64,000 nt of DNA, taken from contig NC_081358.1 of assembly GCF_030684315.1 (NCBI RefSeq), positions 6,690,496-6,754,495 of the forward strand, read 5' to 3'. Shown piece by piece: positions 1 to 13,250 of the stretch. Both the position numbers and the translations under genes were made by a program. The notes under the pieces are model-generated. The model did no database searches, was not told the DNA's origin, and saw nothing but the letters and a program-made list of their open reading frames with translations. Numbering within the stretch: position 1 is the stretch's first letter; each line of letters opens with the position of its first letter. Source of the DNA: Stegostoma tigrinum. Its lineage: Eukaryota.

Positions 1-148
1 ATCTTGATTGTCAAGGGGATCAAGGGTTATGGGGAGAAAGTGGGAGCATGGGGTTGAGAAGCTTATCATCCATAATTGAATGGCAGAGCAGACTCAATGG
101 GCTGAGCAGTCTAATTTCTGCTCCTATGGCTTATGGTCTTATGGTCTA
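1..148 (+). mobile_element. CR1-type LINE 3' end
   Basis: caaggggatcaagggttatggggagaaag... ending in (cttatggt) tandem repeats. Confidence 0.65.
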
Positions 149-274
149 AGTGTTATATTTTTCCTTTTCATTTACTGGTAAATTGGTAAACTGCAAGCCA
201 TCACAAGAGTTGCTATTAAAAGGACTGTAGATGAACATCTCAATTTCATGCCAGCAGATAACATTGATGGAGAT

Positions 275-466
275 AACAAAGTGTGGAGCTGGATGAACAC
301 AGCAGGCCAAGCAGCATCTTAGGAGCACAAAAACTGACCCTTTGTCTAGGCCCGAAACATCAGCTTTTGTGCTCCTAAGATGCTGCTTGGCCTGCTGTGT
401 TCATCCAACTCCACATTTTGATATCTCAGATTCTCCAGCATCTGCAGTTCCCATTATCTCTGATAC
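275..466. mobile_element. PLE family A fold-back mini-insertion
   Basis: Head-to-head pLTR pieces (arms of about 65 bp) flanked by the 15-bp TSD aacattgatggagat (260-274 and 467-481). Confidence 0.85.
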
Positions 467-544
467 AACATTGATGGAGATGATAGCTTTTGCATAATTT
501 ATTTCTAATTCTGGTCTCTGAGTAGGTCCATTGCAACATTAAAA

Positions 545-810
545 ACAAATTTATACAGCACTTTTAAAGCCGGAAACCAATCCAAAGCCCTTCAAAGTAA
601 TTATTAAATAAAATTTGATACCAAGCTACATTGGAAATAAGTAAATGAATGAAAGATTGGCCAAAAAGATAAGTTTTATGAAGCATCTCAAAGAAAGAAT
701 AAGAGGCAGCGAGGTTTAGGGAGGAAATTTCAGAGATCATGGTTTTAGCAGCTGAAGATTTGGCCTCCAGTGGTGGTTTGAGGAAAGGCAAATTCGCCTA
801 AGAGGCTAGG
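545..810 (-). mobile_element. Old L2-like LINE 3' fragment
   Basis: Resembles L2 3' ends (atttatacagcactttt...gaggtttagggaggaaatttcagag) but is heavily diverged. Confidence 0.4.
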
Positions 811-1689
811 TATGGAGTTGAAAACTGTACCTAGTTCTCCAGTTGTGGTCTCACCAAAATGAAGCCAGAGTTCCCTACCACTTGAACTCCATTCCTCTTG
901 CAATAATGGTTAACAAATCATTTTCCTTTCTAATTGCTTCATGTGCTTATCTGATATCTTAGTATGCTTCCTATATAAGAACACACACGATTAGAGCTTT
1001 AAATTATTTGCTCATTAGGAGAATGAAGTGCCAGGGCATGAGAATACACGTGACTCCTAGTCTTTATGCTTTGCTTTTGGTCATCTATTATTCCACCAGG
1101 CCACCCCGCATCATTAATGCACTCAATCTTGGCTTTGTAGGAACCACCAGACTTCATCCCAGTCTTGGTTTAAATTTGGGTGCGAGATCTGAATGTTATG
1201 TTTGTTGCCATAGTAGCTATATCCATTTTGAAAGAACTATTCAATTTGATGTGGCAGCGATGAGCAATGGCAAAACTAAAAACAAAGGGTTTATGCTGAG
1301 AGCCATCCCATGAGTGATTTAAAACTGTGATAAAGGAAGATGGTTGTGGTAATTAGAGGCCAATTATTACAGCTGCATGACATTATGGTAATCCTTTCTC
1401 AGGGCTATGTATGCTGCTCATCCAACTTCAAATATTTCCTCAACCACCTTTTAGCCATAATGTCGGAAATGAGGTTTTGTGCTGACAATTAGGAAGTTTT
1501 ATACTCTGCCAACTTCTAATAATGAATTAACTCTTACAGTAGGCCCTGGATAATAATTAGGCTTGTGCTGTCAAGGGAAGGTGGCATTCGAATTACATAA
1601 CTACCAGATAATGATAATCACCAACAAAATTGGCCTGGTACCTATTTCTGATTTTTCAATAGCACCTGGGGAGTCACCATTGACCAAAT

Positions 1690-2726
1690 GTTTTACCACA
1701 CCAGCACGATCGCTGTAAATAAATTGAAATCCAACCCAGCCAATTATCACCTCCATCAAGCATCTGCACCTGATCACAGCAAAGTAATGAAAGGAATTGT
1801 TGACAGTGCTATCAAACAGCACTTATTCTGTGATAATCTACTCTCTAGCACTCAGTTTGAGTTCCACCAAAGCTACTCAGCTGTTGATCTCATACAACCT
1901 TGGGCCAAGCATGAACACAATTACATTCCAAAGGTGAAGAGAGAATCAATCCCCTCGATATCAAGACAGTACTTGACTGAGTGTGGCATCCAGGATCCCG
2001 AACAAAGGTTGCATCAAGGGGACCTGAGGAAGAATACTCCTCTGGTTCAGTTCAAACCTGTCACAAAGGAAGGTGCTGGTGGTTATTGGAAATCAATGAG
2101 CTTAGTTCGGGTACATAACTGCAAGAGATCCTCAGGTAGTGTCCTAGGCTCAACCATCTTTCACTTCTACATCAATGAATTTAAGTTCATCGTAGGTCAG
2201 AGGTGGGGATATTTACTGCTGATTGCACAACATTCCGCACCATTTGTGACTTGTCAAGGACTGAAGCAGTTTCAGCTCAGGTCTGGACAACATTCAGATT
2301 CCGAATGGCTAGAGGCAAGTAACATTTGTGACACACAGTTGTCAGGCAACACCCACTTCTAACAAGAGAGAATCTCACTATTGATTCTTGACATTCACTG
2401 GCATTTCCATTACTGAATCCCACAGTATCCCGATTCTCAGGATTGATATTCTCCAAAAACTGATTTGGGCCAGACATCTGAATATTACGGCTACAAGAGC
2501 AGGTCAGAAGCTAGAAATTCTTGTGCAAGTAACTCACCCACTGATTCCCCAAAGCCTGTCCACCACTTTAAGGCACAAGTCTGGATTATGATGAAATCTT
2601 CTCTGCTTGCCTGGAAAGTACAGCTCCAATGACACTCAAGAAGCTTAGTGCAATCTGGGATCAAAAAACCTGCTTGATTGGCATCCCATCCACATTCATT
2701 ACCAATGCACAATGTCAGAATGTGTA
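1690..2726 (+). mobile_element. Old CR1-group LINE (RT region), 5' part
   Basis: Frameshifted RT remnants (QFEFHQSYSA, GSVLGSTIF..YIN). It continues at about 4620-4960 after the Tigger. Confidence 0.75.
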
Positions 2727-4618
2727 CAATCTTCTCTGCTGTAACACGATAGTTGCGTTCTTATGTGACCTCATGCTATAGAAAATTGCACAATAAAAAT
2801 AACAAGCCTTAAGAAAAAAAATAGAGTTGGGGCAGACCACCGAAAATATTACTCAAAATCAAAACAAATATAGTAGTTAGCCTAACACAAAGGATAGTAC
2901 AGTTTAGATAAATGTTGAATTAATATTTAATAGTGAAATAATACAGTAAACTTGACAGTTCACCTTGAAAAGGTTTGAAGATAACTTGTTGGGGGAAAAG
3001 GGTGGGGTCTTCACAGTGGGACTCAAGCAGCTCTTTAACATCCTCACTCTCCACATCTTCAAACCCAACTCGCTTTGCAAGAGCAATACAATGTTCTTTG
3101 ATTCTTGAGAGCTCCTCTGACTGTTCAAAGCCTTTAAAATCATGAATAAAATCTGGGAGAAGCTTCCACCAAACTGTATGCAAGCAGTCCTTACTGACAT
3201 CACCCCAGGCCTCCATGATAATGTCAAGAGCATTCTTGATGCTAAAGCTTTCCCAAAATTGAACAACACAGTCCTTATTATCCCCCTCAGTAGCTGCAAT
3301 CAGCCTCTTAAATGTCCACCTTAAATTAGTTTTAAAAGCTGCTATTGTACCCTGGTCAAGAAAGTGTGAAGCCGGATGAACACAGCAGGCCAAGCAGCAT
3401 CTCAGGAGCACAAAAACTGACGTTTCAGGCCTAGAGCTAAGCCCGAAACGTCAGCTTTTGTGCCCCTGAGATGCTGCTTGGCCTGCTGTGTTCATCCAGC
3501 TTCATACTTTGTTGTCTTGGATTCTCCAGCATCTGCAGTTCCCATTATCTCTGATCACAATTGTACCCTGGTCCATGGGTTGAAGGAGAGATATTGTGTT
3601 TGGGAGTAGAAATAGTGTTTGATTTTTTCAGAAAGTTCAGCAATGGTGGGAAGATGGCTTGGAGCATTATCCAGAATGTGGACAGTCTTGAAATCCAAGA
3701 CTTTTTCTGGCAATAATTTCTAAAAACATCTTCAAAAATATCAACAATAAGGTCAGAAAAAAATTGCCCTGTCTTCCAATCTCTTTCGCTTGACCTAAAG
3801 TGGGCACCTACAGTAGACTTACGGTAACCTTTCAAGGCTCGTGTCTTTGCAGGGTAGGATACCACCACAGGCTTAAGCTTTAAGTCTCCAGCAACTTTGG
3901 CACCCAACAGCACAGTCATACGATCCTTTGCAACCTTAAAGCTTGGGGGGTGAGTCTCGTTCTTAGAAACGCAGGCTCTTGATGGCATTTGCTTCCAGTA
4001 TAAACCCAGCTCATCCAAACTGAAAATTTGGTCTAAGTTGTAGCCTTCTCCCTCAATCAAATTTATCCACTATCAAAGGAAATGTCATCTCATGTTCCTG
4101 GTCTGTGCTAGCAGCTTCGCCACATGATTTTACATTATGAAGAGGATAGCAATACTGGCACTAAAGGCAGGCGCAATATCACACGTTCTTTCATTAGGTT
4201 CATCAGGTTTATAACATTTAGCTTCTCTCCAAGTGTTATAGCTTTTCTTTTATGTTCACCACCAGCAATTTTATTACCAGGACGCTTCTTGTAAACATTC
4301 TTGTTACTTTGTCCTCCCATAATTATGGGCAACACGGCAAACTTTGGGAAACAATAGATGAAAACTAAGGAGTACCTTTCGAAAAGCACTTCTCAACAAA
4401 GCATGTAAGTCAACTGAATATGTGATGTTGATGTGGAGACCCTATTGGTGTAAACAGTGTATTCCTCTGCGCACCATGACTCTTAAAGTGTTGAAGATGC
4501 AGTCACATAATAGCCAACACGTGTCAGCAAAAGGCCGCATTTTTCAAACAGCATTCACCTATTTATCAATTGTGTTACAGCCAATTGATGAAACACGTGT
4601 AAATACCATAAAGCACTG
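2727..4618 (-). mobile_element. Decayed Tigger/pogo (Tc1-mariner superfamily) DNA transposon
   Basis: Broken transposase fragments: RKAITLGEKLNVI (psq-type HTH), EGYNLDQIFSLDELGLYWKQMPSR...FKVAKDRMTVLLGA.VAGDLKLKP, DQGTIAAFK, FWESFSIKNALDIIMEAWGDVS. It interrupts a LINE after a TA at 2725-2726. The termini are degraded. Confidence 0.85.
3358..3559. mobile_element. PLE family A fold-back mini-insertion inside Tigger transposase
   Basis: Inverted arms centred on gcctagagctaagc. 14-bp TSD attgtaccctggtc (3344-3357 and 3560-3573). Confidence 0.88.
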
Positions 4619-4960
4619 TTCCATCTACAAAGCATGTTGGCTCCTTTGACAATACCTTCCAAATCATTGAATCTTACTGTCTAGAAATGCAGCAAATACT
4701 TGGGAACACCACTAACTACAACTTCCCCTCCAAGATATATAACATGCCTACTTGGAAATAAATCACTGTCTTTTTTATTGTCACTGTGCCAAAGTCATGG
4801 AACTCACTTCCTAACAGCCCTGTGGATGTCTCTACATTATTTTAGATTGCAATGGTACAAGAAGGCAGCTCATTGCTACTTTCTCAAGGGAAATTACATG
4901 CAAACAACAAATATTGGCTTAGACAGCCCCGTCCACAACCTGCGGAAGGATTAATTAAAA
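4619..4960 (+). mobile_element. 3' end of the same LINE
   Basis: Homologous to 41160-41515 (aagaaggcagctca...ctcaaggg...). Confidence 0.7.
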
Positions 4961-5296
4961 ATGAGCAAATAGAAATTCTTCATAATCACTCCCAACACTT
5001 AATAAATCTAAATCATTAGAGAATTCCCACTCTGTAATCTGTAAATTCAAGTTAAGTGGGTTTCTTTTGCTGCTGTGTATATCAAATGGATAATTGATTT
5101 CACAATATAAATTCACCCTTAAAATGATTAGCCTACATTTTCAAATTACCCACTTCATCAATTTGGACCTGAAGAGATATGTGTTTGAAGGGTCTTTCTG
5201 CCATGTGCCCCTCTGTCCTGTTACACCACCTCCACGTAGCCCATTGCTGCTCTCTATGTCTGGTGTCACTCAGTTTATCCATATTGGTGAAGCTGC

Positions 5297-5972
5297 TTTG
5301 GATAGTGAAGACAAGACAGTGAAGAAGGAGTTTGGTACGCTCGTCTTTATTTGTCAGTGCATTGATTACAGGAGCTGGGAGGTCTTGTTGAGGCTGCACA
5401 GAACGTCGATTAGGCCACTTTTGGAATACTGCATTTAATTCCGGTTTCCCTGCTACAGGAAGGGTGTTGTGAAACTTGAAAGGGTTCAGGAAAGATTTAC
5501 AGGGATGTTGCCAGGGTAGGAGGGTTTGAGCCATAGGGAGAGGCTGAATAGGCTGTGCCTGGAGTGTTGGAGGCCGAAAGGTGACCTTATGGAAGTTTGT
5601 GAAATCAAGAGGGGCATGGATAGGGTGAATAGCCAAGGTCCTTGCTCTGGAATGGGGGAGCCCAGAACTAGAGGGTACAGGCTTAAGATGAGCGGGGAAA
5701 GATTTAACAGGGACCTAAGGGGCACCTTTCTCACACAGAGGGTGGTGCGTGTATGGAATGAGCTGCCAGAGGAAGTGGTGGAGGCTGGTACAATTCCAAC
5801 ATTTAAAAGGCATCTGGATGGGTATATGAATAGGAAGGGTTTAGAGGGATGTGGGTCAAATGCTGGCAAATGGGACTAGATTAATTTAGGATATCTGTTT
5901 GGCATGGACAAGTTTAACCGAAGGGTCTGTTTCCACACTGTACAACTCCCAGACTCTATGACTTTATGACTC
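5297..5972 (+). mobile_element. CR1 LINE 3' fragment (HER1-like)
   Basis: RPLLEYC, RVQERFTGMLP and FLTQRVVRVWNELPEEVVEAGTI.TFKRHLDGYM, with an (actctatg)n-type tail. Confidence 0.9.
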
Positions 5973-6582
5973 GGTGAGAGGAAGTTCGCTCATCGGTGTA
6001 AAAGGTACAACTGCCAACCACATTCAGCTCCAGAACAAGGCACACCATGGCCGAGCAGTTCAATTATAGAGAATTAATTAAACACTGGCATCGATGCAAA
6101 ATTGGACATGTATGTTCTGATCATAAAAACAAGAGCAATGCAATCTATTCACATACTGCCATGTCAGTCTACTCTCAAAAATCAACAAAGTTTTATAAGG
6201 TATCATTGACCGTGGGATTAAATGACACTTACTCAGCAGTGAATCTCGGTGTGAGATTTTCAAAGATTACTTCACACCACATCTCATGTGACCTCAAACT
6301 TGGATAAATGAGCTGAATTGTTTGCATGAAAGTGAACTTCAATGCAGTATGACTGAGTGTGAAATTAAGGAGCTGTCATCACATTGAAGTCATTGGGAAT
6401 CAGAAAGATTCTCCATGAGTTGGAGTTCTAGCTACCACAAGGGAAGAAAGCTATGGCTGTTAAAGATCAGTCATCTCAGTCCCAGGAAATTGGTGCGGCA
6501 ATTACTCAGGGTAGTGCCCTAAATGTATCAGGCCTTGCATTGCACGACAGTCCAATTTCTACAAGGGCTCCAAGTAGGCATT

Positions 6583-6896
6583 CAGCACGGTGGCTCAGTG
6601 GTTAGCACTGCAGTCGCACAGTGCCAGGGACCCAGGTTCAATTCTACCCTCGAGCGACTGTCTGTGTGGAGCTTGCACATTCTCCCCGTGTCTGCATGGG
6701 TTTCCTCCGGGTCCGCCGGTTTCCTCTCACAGTCCAAAGATGTGCAGGCTGAGTGGGTTGGCCATGCTAAATTGCCTGTTGTGTCCAGGAATGTTAGGGT
6801 TATCATGGGGAATGGGTCTTGGTTTTGCTCTTCAGAGGGGTGGCATGGACTTGTTGGGCTGAATGGCCTGTTTCCAATCTGTAAGGACTCTATGAC
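6583..6896 (+). mobile_element. HE1-like V-SINE (tRNA-derived)
   Basis: A box gtggctcagtgg, B box ggttcaattc, V-domain tctgtgtggag...tctccccgtgtctgc.tgggtttcctccgg and a CR1-derived tail. Confidence 0.88.
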
Positions 6897-7829
6897 CTTT
6901 TTTCTACTACATCCAAAAGTGCTATCACGCACAACTGAATGGCTTTTACTGCCATTAGATATCCTGTTTTTCCAATTGCTCAATTTATGTGCAGACCCCA
7001 TTAAGGGCAATGCAATAAAACAAAATATGAGGGATAAGTAACCTGACCCTTCTTTGCCAACACATGATTCAGGAGTGGCCCTTTGCTCACTTATTGCTAC
7101 AACATTAGCGCATGTGACGGATGGCCTTTCATAGCGGGGTTTAAAAGACACCAAATTTCTTAGCCTCTGTTTCCTTATTCAGCGATCATTGTATGTATGA
7201 TTACATAGAAAAAGATGTGTACCTGAAACATTTTAAAGATTGGTGCAGCACCATGTTTTCCATATAGTTACATTTTTGTCTAAAAATCCTTTGGATTCCA
7301 CAATGCAGTTGACTTCTGAAGGTCACAAACGTTTGTAGTGAATGGATTTAAGTTTGCAATTGCTTCAACTAAGTTTCACACTTCTCTGGGGAAATGCAGC
7401 AGGTTGCTTATTATAAATTCCAGTTTCCAGCATTAATATCGTAAAACAAATGCGAATATTCTCTGTCAGCACTGAAAGAAAATTTCATAACTGCATTGGA
7501 ATTATGAGCAGCTGTGTCTATGTGATGAACGTGTTCATTTTGGAAAAGGTTAGGAAGCCATTATGAATAAATAATTCTTAATGTATTTTTAATCAAACTT
7601 TTTCTTCAACCTTCATCCATTTGGGAGGACGATGTGTTCAGGGGGTCAACTGCTTTCTGCAAAAAGACAGGTTTCCAGTTGTAAATCTGGGCCAGAGTTT
7701 ACAGCTCCTGTAGGCATTAGCCAAGTTACTCTAAAGAAAAAAAATATATTTTGCCTTTAGGCCAACTGACCAATTAGATTGCCAGTGCTGCAGGACTGAG
7801 GTGAACTTTCCAGGAATTGCAGACTCATC

Positions 7830-8560
7830 TTGATAATACTGCTGCTAGCAATCATAGACAGTGTAATTAGGCCAAAGAAGAAGGATTTTTGACCCTCTAA
7901 GTCAATATAGGCTCTCTGTACAGCAATCCAACTTGTCCTAATCCCGCCCCCCATTCTATCTCTGTGGCCCTGCAAGTTCATTTACCTTAAATGCTCATCC
8001 AATGTCCTTGTGAAATAATTTATGCTCTCCATTTCCACCAACAGCGTAGGCAGCGAGCTCCAGGTCACTACTATTTGCTGAATGAGGAAGTTTTTTCTCA
8101 CATACCCCCATAATCACTTGCTCAAATCCATAAATCTGCGTCCCTATTCCTTGCACAATCAGCTATTACTAACATTGTTGCATGAGCTTGGCTTTTATTT
8201 ATAGCAAGTTGAGGACAGATCTGATTGTGGAGTTTAAAAGATTCAAAAGAATTGATGGCATCGATATAGGGAAACTGTTTCCTATGGGTGGGGAGATGGA
8301 GAAGCTGGGAAATAAATTTAGAGTGAAAGCACTTAGGAATGAAATCTGTAATCGTTTTCTTTGCCATGCCAAAAGTGTTATAAATCCATGTTTGACTTTC
8401 CTTCCCCTCAAAAAGCAATAGTTGATATTGAGACAAGGCAGCTTTACAGGCTGAGATAGGTACATTTTTGTTGGGTAAGAACTTTAAAGGATGTGGAGCA
8501 AAGAGAGTAAGATGGAACCAGGATGAGTTGAACCATGGCTAATTGAATATTTTGAGAAGG
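7830..8560. mobile_element. Two old CR1 3' fragments in opposite orientation
   Basis: Minus-strand tail at about 7850-8170 and plus-strand LRTDLIVEFKRFKRID...LFPM at 8205-8420. Confidence 0.55.
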
Positions 8561-10236
8561 CCTTTGAGCATGGTTCCTTCTATCTCCATGTCCATGGATT
8601 GCTTTTCCAATCATTATAAGCATGATAAGAATGATGGAGGCTGTGAATTCACTTAATGCTTTGTGGCTGCATTCAGAAAACCAGTTTGCGGATACTATGA
8701 TTTTCAAATAGCATGTGATAAGATTACAGAGGTTTTCAACGATGGTTTAAAAAAAGAGAATTGGTACATGGTAATTAGGTTGACTGAAAATAGACTTAAT
8801 GGTAGGAAGCATCAAGGATAATACATAAAAACACTTTTTTATTAATAGGGATTAACATTTAAAGGCATTTTAGGATAGATGTCAGGTTATTAAAGAAAGA
8901 AAACCCGATTTAAATGGTGCCTTTCACAAGCTCGGGCATTCCAAAGGCTTTCAGAGCCAATAGAATATCTTTTTATGTGCATCTATGTTGCAACGCGAAA
9001 GAACAAGCTTGCAATCTATTACCAGGAATAGAGTGCTTTGGAAATAGATGGAAACGTGCTTTGCTTCAGGCTACTCAACACAAAAACTGAAAAGAAGAGC
9101 ATCCTGGCCACAGGGTGTCACTCCTGAGCTACAGATAACATCACAGCAGGGTCTTAGGCGTGCTGGGAGCCTGCAGAAAAATAATGAATGTTTTTCACTT
9201 TATTCTCAGTTTGAAACAATAATTAAATAAGATTTTTAGGTACAGTCTTAAAATGCTGAATTAAAATATACAAGTGATACCATTGATTTCAAATGATTTC
9301 AGGCTATTTAATTGGATACTTTAATGAAGAGCTAGCAAAAGCACACTGTGCTGAAGGAGTGTTGCATCGTTTGAGGATTGTATGAACTTCATCCATTGTG
9401 CATGAATTATCTCCAGTCGAACCAGAATGTAATGATAGCCCATGGCACTGTTGTGTCAACTCAGTTCAAATAGATAACACTGAATTTTCATCTTGGAGTT
9501 GGAAATTTGTGAGTCAGGCCAGTTTCCAATGTCACAACCCTGCATTCTGCCAGCAGCAGGCCCTAGATATCTTGAGGCCGGGTGGTAGGGTTAGATTGAG
9601 GTCAGTGCTACTGGCTCTTCTTGTGACTGATCCAAGGCAAGCACCTTGAAAGGTCCTTCACTGCTCACTGGAACATTGGCCCAGGTATTGGAGAGGAGTG
9701 AAAGGGTCCTTAACACTACCCACTACCACTTCAATCATCCTTCTCCCCCACGTAACTCTTTCATAGTCCTTACTCTCTAATACGCCTTATTTCCTCTCTC
9801 AGCCTCCTCATTCCCTTCACACCTACTCACCAAATATTCACCCACAATCAAATTAGAGCTTCAATGTTGTGCATTGGAGAATAGTGTTTATCGACTGGGT
9901 AATGAATGCCATTATATCAAAGGCTTGCTTACTTTTATCAGCTATTCAAGTAAATGGTCACTAACTTTTTCAATCAAAGCTCTGCCATCAGTTACTGATT
10001 TAAAAACAGATAAAGCATATCTAACAAAATAACATACCATTATGATATAAACTTTGCATCATGTTTTTAATTTACCTGCCATATGGTCCCTGGCTCTAAA
10101 CAAGGGCTCCTAACATCTCTTAACTGGTGTGCACCAGATGACCTTCAAAAAGTCAACCCAACTCCATAAAAACTCCGGCGATTGGTGGGTAGGGAGAGTC
10201 AGGTATCTTCAAATGTCCACTTCTGCAATGGAGACA

Positions 10237-10460
10237 GAATCTAATGATGACCATGAATCCATTGTCAATTGTTGGGAAAAACCCATCTGGGTCACTAATA
10301 TCCTTTAGGGAAGGAAACTGCCGTCCTTAACTGGTCTACATGTGACTCCAGACCCACAGCAATGTAGTTGATTCTTAACTGCCCTCTGGGCAATTAGAGA
10401 TGGGCAATAAATGCTGCCTGGCCAGTGACACCCTCATCCCGTTAATGTATAATAAGAAAG
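10237..10460 (+). mobile_element. SINE family 2, 5'-truncated
   Basis: Matches 31990-32215. Confidence 0.8.
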
Positions 10461-10602
10461 TTTGCAATGCCTCCTCTTATCCAAAGCCAATCCAATCTGC
10501 CAGTGACTGGGATAATGAATTCCAGAATCAGGTTCTGTCTGCCACCTTTATAGATCAATTAGTGCAGGTTGGCCCTTCTGGGAAAATCCAGCACTATAGT
10601 TA

Positions 10603-10937
10603 GGGGCTGCACAGTGGCTCAGTGAGTAGCACTGCTGCCTCACAGCACCAGGGTCCTGGGTTCATTTCCACTCTCAGGCAGCTCATTGTGTGGAGTTTGC
10701 ACATTCTCCCTGTGTCTGTGTGGGTTTCCCTCACAGTCTAAAGATGAGCAGGTTAGGTGGATTGGCCATGCTAAATTGTCCCATGGTGTTCAGGGATGTG
10801 CAGGTTAGGGGCACTAGCCATGGGAAATGCAGGGTTATAGGGCAAAGGGTGGGTCTGGATGGCATGCTTTTCAGAGAGTGGGTGTGGACTCAATGGACCA
10901 AATGCCCTGTTCCACACTGTAGGGGTTCTATGTTTCT
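10603..10937 (+). mobile_element. HE1-like V-SINE
   Basis: Same head, V-domain and tail as 6583. Confidence 0.85.
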
Positions 10938-12479
10938 ACTGGAGTTGGGGCACAAATCTCTTGTCAGTGACAGATAGCATTGTGTAACTCCAAAGCAACA
11001 CACTCGTTGCATTTCTATCTACACTGAGAGTGATCGTAACATTCAGCCTACTGCTAAGTATACTGTTTTTGAGTGACTGGTTGTTTTAGGAGGGGACCCA
11101 GATTCATGTGAGACACACACAATTTAAAGCCAGCATGCAGTGCTTCAAGCCAGACTGCAACTGTTAATGGTGAGGTATGTTCTGGTTGGTCACATTGTGA
11201 AGGATTCAGCAGACCATGACAAATCTGGACATGTGTTCTGACCTTTCTGTGAGGCTCTCCCAGAGTGGCCAAGATAGCTGACCTGCTGCCTCAGCATCTC
11301 AATGGTTTGCTCTTTGACATGGTGGTTTACATACTGAGGGAACAGCACATTAATGCAGAATGAATGCAGCATAGCTTCTGCCAGGATATAGATTATTTAC
11401 TGGCATGATTTACTGAGCGTGGTCATGACATGATTCACTGGCTGAAACCCACCACAGTCCTGTTTCATCTCGGTGTCTAAATGATGTATGCACAAAGCCA
11501 ACCTGTAAGTGGTCTGTAGCACCTGACATCAGGGACAAAGCCTCTGATCAGCATTTCCTCATTTTCAGACTGAGTCTCTTGAGCTCCTGGCCAATCAGAA
11601 TCTGATGTCCCAGCACATGGCAATGCTGTGATCCTGCCTCTAGGCTGAATCTGTCCATCCTGAATGAGTTAGTGCAGCACAAGAGCTGCATCCCCCTTCC
11701 TCCAAATTCCAGCCCAGTTTACCAGTAATATACAGGCAGGCTCTTCCTCATCCCATCTGGAACTGAAATATATACAGACCAGGAGGGATGAAGATCTTAA
11801 GTGGCCATTAGTTGATAACTTACAAGACCCAGTTCAGCCCGGAAATCGAACAATGGGCATTCCTTCTCCGAACCTTATTTCTGAGGTGGTGGGAACTGGG
11901 GAGTGGATGTTGGATATTGCACATGCCCACCTGGACCATTACTGGCCCTTCCCATCAGCTACCCTGTGACTTATTGAGAGCAGGAAGCTCAGCCTGATTT
12001 TTTTGATCAGAGGCAATCTCACAATGCATTCCTCTTTCTTGACTTGAAGAGCTTCTGCAACCTCCCTGATGCATCATTGGATATGAACTGGTCGATGTTA
12101 TAGATGTCACCTGCTCCAAACTACAATGAGTCCAACAATAATGCATCTAAAGCTGTGGTCACTTTCACAGTCCTCACCCTGCCATATCTATATAAAATGA
12201 GCATGCCCTTGCTTAGCCCATGGCAGAAGGAATGATACCAGAAGACCCTGGGTGGACAATGCTTCCTTCTGAGATGTCATCCGCTGCCTCCCTCAATGAA
12301 CAGCCTGTGTTTTTCCCCACTGCCTCTGCACCATTTCCATTTATCAACAAGTGACGGTGGTAATCATTAAGACTGCAAACACGTCACCTGACCAATACCC
12401 TTAAGTTAAAACTAAGCAGTACATCTGCCTGTCAACTTCATCAACTTGGAAGAACTCTGTAAACCGACAGCCACTTCTA

Positions 12480-13250
12480 TAACAAGGAACAAAAACAGAA
12501 GTTGCTGGAAAAGCTCAGTAGGCCTGGCAGCATCTGTAAAGAAAAAAATCAGAGTTAACGTTTCGGACCCAGTGACCTTTCCTCAGAGCTGATGGTGGCT
12601 GGGAAATATCAGTTTATAGGCAGAAAATAGGGAGGTGGGTGTGGGGTAGGGAGTAAACAATAGGATATAGAGCCTAAAGAGAGAGAGAAGAGCAGTTGGA
12701 TAGACAAAGCAGTTGGTAACGATCAGGCTGGGATGGTGAATAGTTGTTAATGGGGAATAGTAGTGACTAACAACAGGGAATGTGTAACGGCAGGCTATGT
12801 GGCAACAAGGCTTGGTCTGTGCCGCAGGGGGCTGGACATGGGAGGTTTTACACCCTAAAATTATTGAACTTGATATTGAGTCCATGGGGTTGTAGGGTTT
12901 CCAAGCGGAAAATAAGGTGTTGCTCTTTCAGCTTGCAATGAGCTTCGCTGGCACACTGTAGCAAGCCAGAGGTAGAGATGTTGGCCAGGGAACAGGGTGG
13001 TATGTTAAAGTGGCAGGCAGCAGGAAGCTGAGGGTCTTTTTTGTGGGCAGAACATAGGTGTTCTAGGAAGCAGTCATCCAGTCTATGCTTCGCTTCCCCA
13101 ATGTAGAGGAGACCACATTGTGAGCAGTGAAAGCAGTAGACTAGATTATGGGAAGTGCAGGTGAAGTGTTGCTTCACCTGGAAGGTTATGTTTCGGCCTT
13201 TGGATAATGGGGAGGGAGGAGATAAAAGATGTTGCATTCTCGCTGGTCAC
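12480..13250 (-). mobile_element. PLE family C 3' fragment (GIY-YIG plus pLTR)
   Basis: ORF 12848-13237 NLVYCFHCSQCGLLYIGEAKHRLDDCFLEH...RLETLQPHGLNIKF. Its pLTR end is shared with 36135-36302 and 53712-53868. Confidence 0.88.
12553..12590 (-). ncRNA. Hammerhead motif (PLE family C), stems partly mutated
   Basis: Minus strand agct-CTGAGGA-A-aggtcactgggtcc-GAAA-cg-TT-aact. Confidence 0.6.

Noticed and set aside
275-466. Long hairpins as pre-miRNA genes
   Set aside because: They are fully explained as inverted pLTR insertions with TSDs, and there is no evidence of a miRNA family.
6583-6655. tRNA genes at SINE heads
   Set aside because: A and B boxes are present but continue into SINE bodies, with no complete cloverleaf.
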